A stretch of 35,228 nt of DNA, from IMG/VR virus record IMGVR_UViG_3300017913_002056, positions 1 to 35,228 of that record; one strand, written 5' to 3'. This DNA comes from a virus. Taxonomy: Duplodnaviria > Caudoviricetes. Shown here in pieces: positions 33,350-35,228 of this stretch (the first letter of the stretch is position 1; each line of letters opens with the position of its first letter). The notes beneath the pieces were generated by a model that worked only from the letters and a program-made list of their open reading frames with translations, had not been told where the DNA came from and did not search any database. The position numbers and the translations under genes were made by a program.

Positions 33350-33769
33350 TTAATCCTTTACAATAATTGGTGTGTACCGCTTTAATTTGTTACGTTTATG
33401 TTTAGCGGCATCAGCTAATTCTTCTTTTGTAAACATTCCGTTTTGCACAAGTAGATCAAGCATGCACTGTACATCGCCTGCTTCTTCCAATAGACTTGTG
33501 TGTTTCTTTTTATCAATTCCCCAACGAGCGATTTTCATACATGCCTGTACAAGCTCTCCGCATTCTTCTGCTGTAACATACATCATTTGATCTACAACTT
33601 CTTTTTCATCTTTGGGGGCGTTTTCGGCTAATTCTTTATCCAATTGTCTTCCTTTCCACAGCATCCAGTCATAATAACGTTTGGGTTCTGGATCATTGTC
33701 ACGATTGACAGCTTCATATGATGGGTATCCTTTTTCATACACCGGATCAATTATTATCGGGTCTGGCAT
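33350..33769 (-). CDS. mazG: MazG-like nucleotide pyrophosphohydrolase
   Basis: AEECGELVQA...LEEAGDV (ExxE..ExxD). Confidence 0.8.
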   Translation of the reverse strand: MPDPIIIDPVYEKGYPSYEAVNRDNDPEPKRYYDWMLWKGRQLDKELAENAPKDEKEVVDQMMYVTAEECGELVQACMKIARWGIDKKKHTSLLEEAGDVQCMLDLLVQNGMFTKEELADAAKHKRNKLKRYTPIIVKD

Positions 33770-33959
33770 CTTCTAATTCCTCTTTCTTCTTTATACTCCA
33801 ACTACCATCGGGAAGTTCTTCCCAGATGAGTTCGTCACCTTCATCCCAACCGACTTGATTTAGGCAGTCAGGAGGAAATTCAATATACAATTCTTTTGTT
33901 TCGCCATTTTCTTGTACAGTAACAATCCAACTGTTGTCACCTGTTTTTTTATAGTTCAT
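33747..33959 (-). CDS. AbrB/MazE/SpoVT-like DNA-binding protein
   Basis: LYIEFPPDCLNQVGWDEGDELIW swapped-hairpin pattern. Confidence 0.7.
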   Translation of the reverse strand: MNYKKTGDNSWIVTVQENGETKELYIEFPPDCLNQVGWDEGDELIWEELPDGSWSIKKKEELEDARPDNN

Positions 33960-34239
33960 CTGTAATTCTCTTTATCTGTTGTGTGGGATTTTTAAGTCCA
34001 CTATCTATACTACACATTTCTCGACATATGTCAAATGGTTGCCGTGTCATACTATCTGCGAACTCTGGCAACACTCTTTCTTTTATTTCACGCATACTAG
34101 TGTGCTTTGGGTTCCAGCTTTGACTACGTTCAAATATAGTCGTACTCAGTACATGTCCTATCCAACAACAAGGACGAACTGTACCAGTGTGATGTACATA
34201 TAACTTATCGCCGTGGCGACACTTTGGGTTGATATCCAA
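33949..34239 (-). CDS. Stand-alone SPASM/Twitch-like Fe-S domain protein
   Basis: INPKC...GTVRPCCW...ICREMC; TTG start with AAGGAG SD. Confidence 0.78.
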   Translation of the reverse strand: MDINPKCRHGDKLYVHHTGTVRPCCWIGHVLSTTIFERSQSWNPKHTSMREIKERVLPEFADSMTRQPFDICREMCSIDSGLKNPTQQIKRITDEL

Positions 34240-34822
34240 GTTGATACTCCTTTAGTGTTGGACGTAATGGATCTTCTGGTCCCTCAAATCTACTGCTAAC
34301 TCTGACTTCTAAAATAATGTTGTTGTCTTGTGCTATTTTACGTGCTTCAGCTATCTGATGCTCGTTAAAGCTAAATGGTATCCATTGCCATATAACACGT
34401 TTGCCTTGTTTTGCGCCCATGCACATTGCATCAAATACTTGTTGAAACTTTGTACCAACACGATATAAGTGAGCTGTATCTTCTAGCCCGTCTAATCCAA
34501 ATCTAACTTCACCATATTCATAACTGTTATAAAATGTTTCCCACCAATCTGTCTTTTTTCCATAACCAGCAGTGGATAATAAAAAAGGCTTATTGATGTT
34601 ATGTGCATAAGTTACGAAATCAATAAACTTTGGATGATAGATCGGATCACCTAGATTACCGCAAAAGTTTATAACTTTTGGATCCCATTCAGTAACAAAC
34701 TCAGTATACAAATCATAATCCAAGTCACCAATATCATACCTACCACGATATATTGTCCTTGGGCATTTAGGACACTGAAGCAAGCACCTACTTGTTAATT
34801 CTAAGTGCAGTTCTTCGATCAT
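34205..34822 (-). CDS. Radical SAM protein (core domain only)
   Basis: CLLQCPKC, GDPIYHP, LDGL.DT.H.YR; paralog of 751-1419. Confidence 0.9.
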   Translation of the reverse strand: MIEELHLELTSRCLLQCPKCPRTIYRGRYDIGDLDYDLYTEFVTEWDPKVINFCGNLGDPIYHPKFIDFVTYAHNINKPFLLSTAGYGKKTDWWETFYNSYEYGEVRFGLDGLEDTAHLYRVGTKFQQVFDAMCMGAKQGKRVIWQWIPFSFNEHQIAEARKIAQDNNIILEVRVSSRFEGPEDPLRPTLKEYQLGYQPKVSPRR

Positions 34823-34983
34823 TCGTCAAAGAACTCTCGTAGTTCAGCAAGAACTTTTCTAGCGTCAAGCGGCACTTCCCACATTTCGTCACCATCATTA
34901 TACACTACCATCAGCTGTCCCATGTCATCAACTGCGATAGTTGTGAAGTTGTCCATATCTACTGTTTCATCTACTACTTTCAT
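34819..34983 (-). CDS. Hypothetical acidic protein (54 aa)
   Basis: Manual translation MKVVDETVDMDNFTT...LREFFDE*; ATGA-coupled to the radical SAM gene. Confidence 0.65.
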   Translation of the reverse strand: MKVVDETVDMDNFTTIAVDDMGQLMVVYNDGDEMWEVPLDARKVLAELREFFDE

Positions 34984-34988
34984 TTCTC

Positions 34989-35228
34989 TTACTCTAATTC
35001 CTTTTTTATATGACGTAACTCACGGATGGCTATTGAGTAATATACCTTATCTGTGTCAGCATGGGACTTTCTAAATCGTTCTTGTAATTCATCCAGACGT
35101 GATTCTATGTAGTCCTCTACTTTCTGGGTGCGATTTAACAGTGGTTCAACATCTTCATAACGACACCAAGGCCCATCCTTATCCTCTCTGCGGACGTTTC
35201 GGTTCCACGCGGCATCTTTATTAAAGTA
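34989..35228 (-). CDS. Hypothetical protein, 5' end outside window
   Basis: Open frame of 79 codons: YFNKDAAWN...DGPWCRYEDV...KKELE*. Confidence 0.65.
   Translation of the reverse strand, partial: YFNKDAAWNRNVRREDKDGPWCRYEDVEPLLNRTQKVEDYIESRLDELQERFRKSHADTDKVYYSIAIRELRHIKKELE

Noticed and set aside
34805-35074. Plus-strand 89-aa ORF
   Set aside because: Antisense to two well-packed minus-strand ORFs.
1-35228. CRISPR array, tRNA/rRNA, IS element, intron or intein
   Set aside because: No spaced direct repeats, cloverleaf, transposase or splice motifs seen by eye, and intergenic gaps are almost all under 110 nt. tRNAscan-SE and Infernal would be needed to be sure.

Overview
Gene-dense (roughly 37% GC by eye), almost entirely minus-strand segment that looks like a large T4-like/'jumbo' myophage genome, probably aquatic. 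The PepA, MetK and AOX sequences look proteobacterial (inference). Evidence for phage origin: T4-type RNase H, a MoxR AAA+/VWA-metallopeptidase pair, MazG, a phage-type QueE, many short unknown ORFs, and a mix of sigma70-type (TTGACA-16/18-TAnnnT) and T4-late-type ((T)ATAAATA) promoters. Positions 1-17.5 kb form an uninterrupted island of tailoring enzymes: 2 amidinotransferases (one absent from the ORF track), radical SAM and SPASM/Twitch proteins, a KdoO-like hydroxylase, 4 other HxD..H oxygenases, 3 SGNH proteins, 2 methyltransferases, 2 sulfotransferase-fold proteins, a ferritin-like diiron protein, a class I glutamine amidotransferase, MTA/SAH nucleosidase and alternative oxidase. The right half holds core-like phage genes plus metK, sufE, queE, a ugd-like gene, pepA, a nitroreductase-like gene, more radical SAM genes and a small SutA-like ORF. 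No CRISPR array, tRNA, rRNA or transposase was recognised. All family calls come from motif recognition by eye, not database searches.
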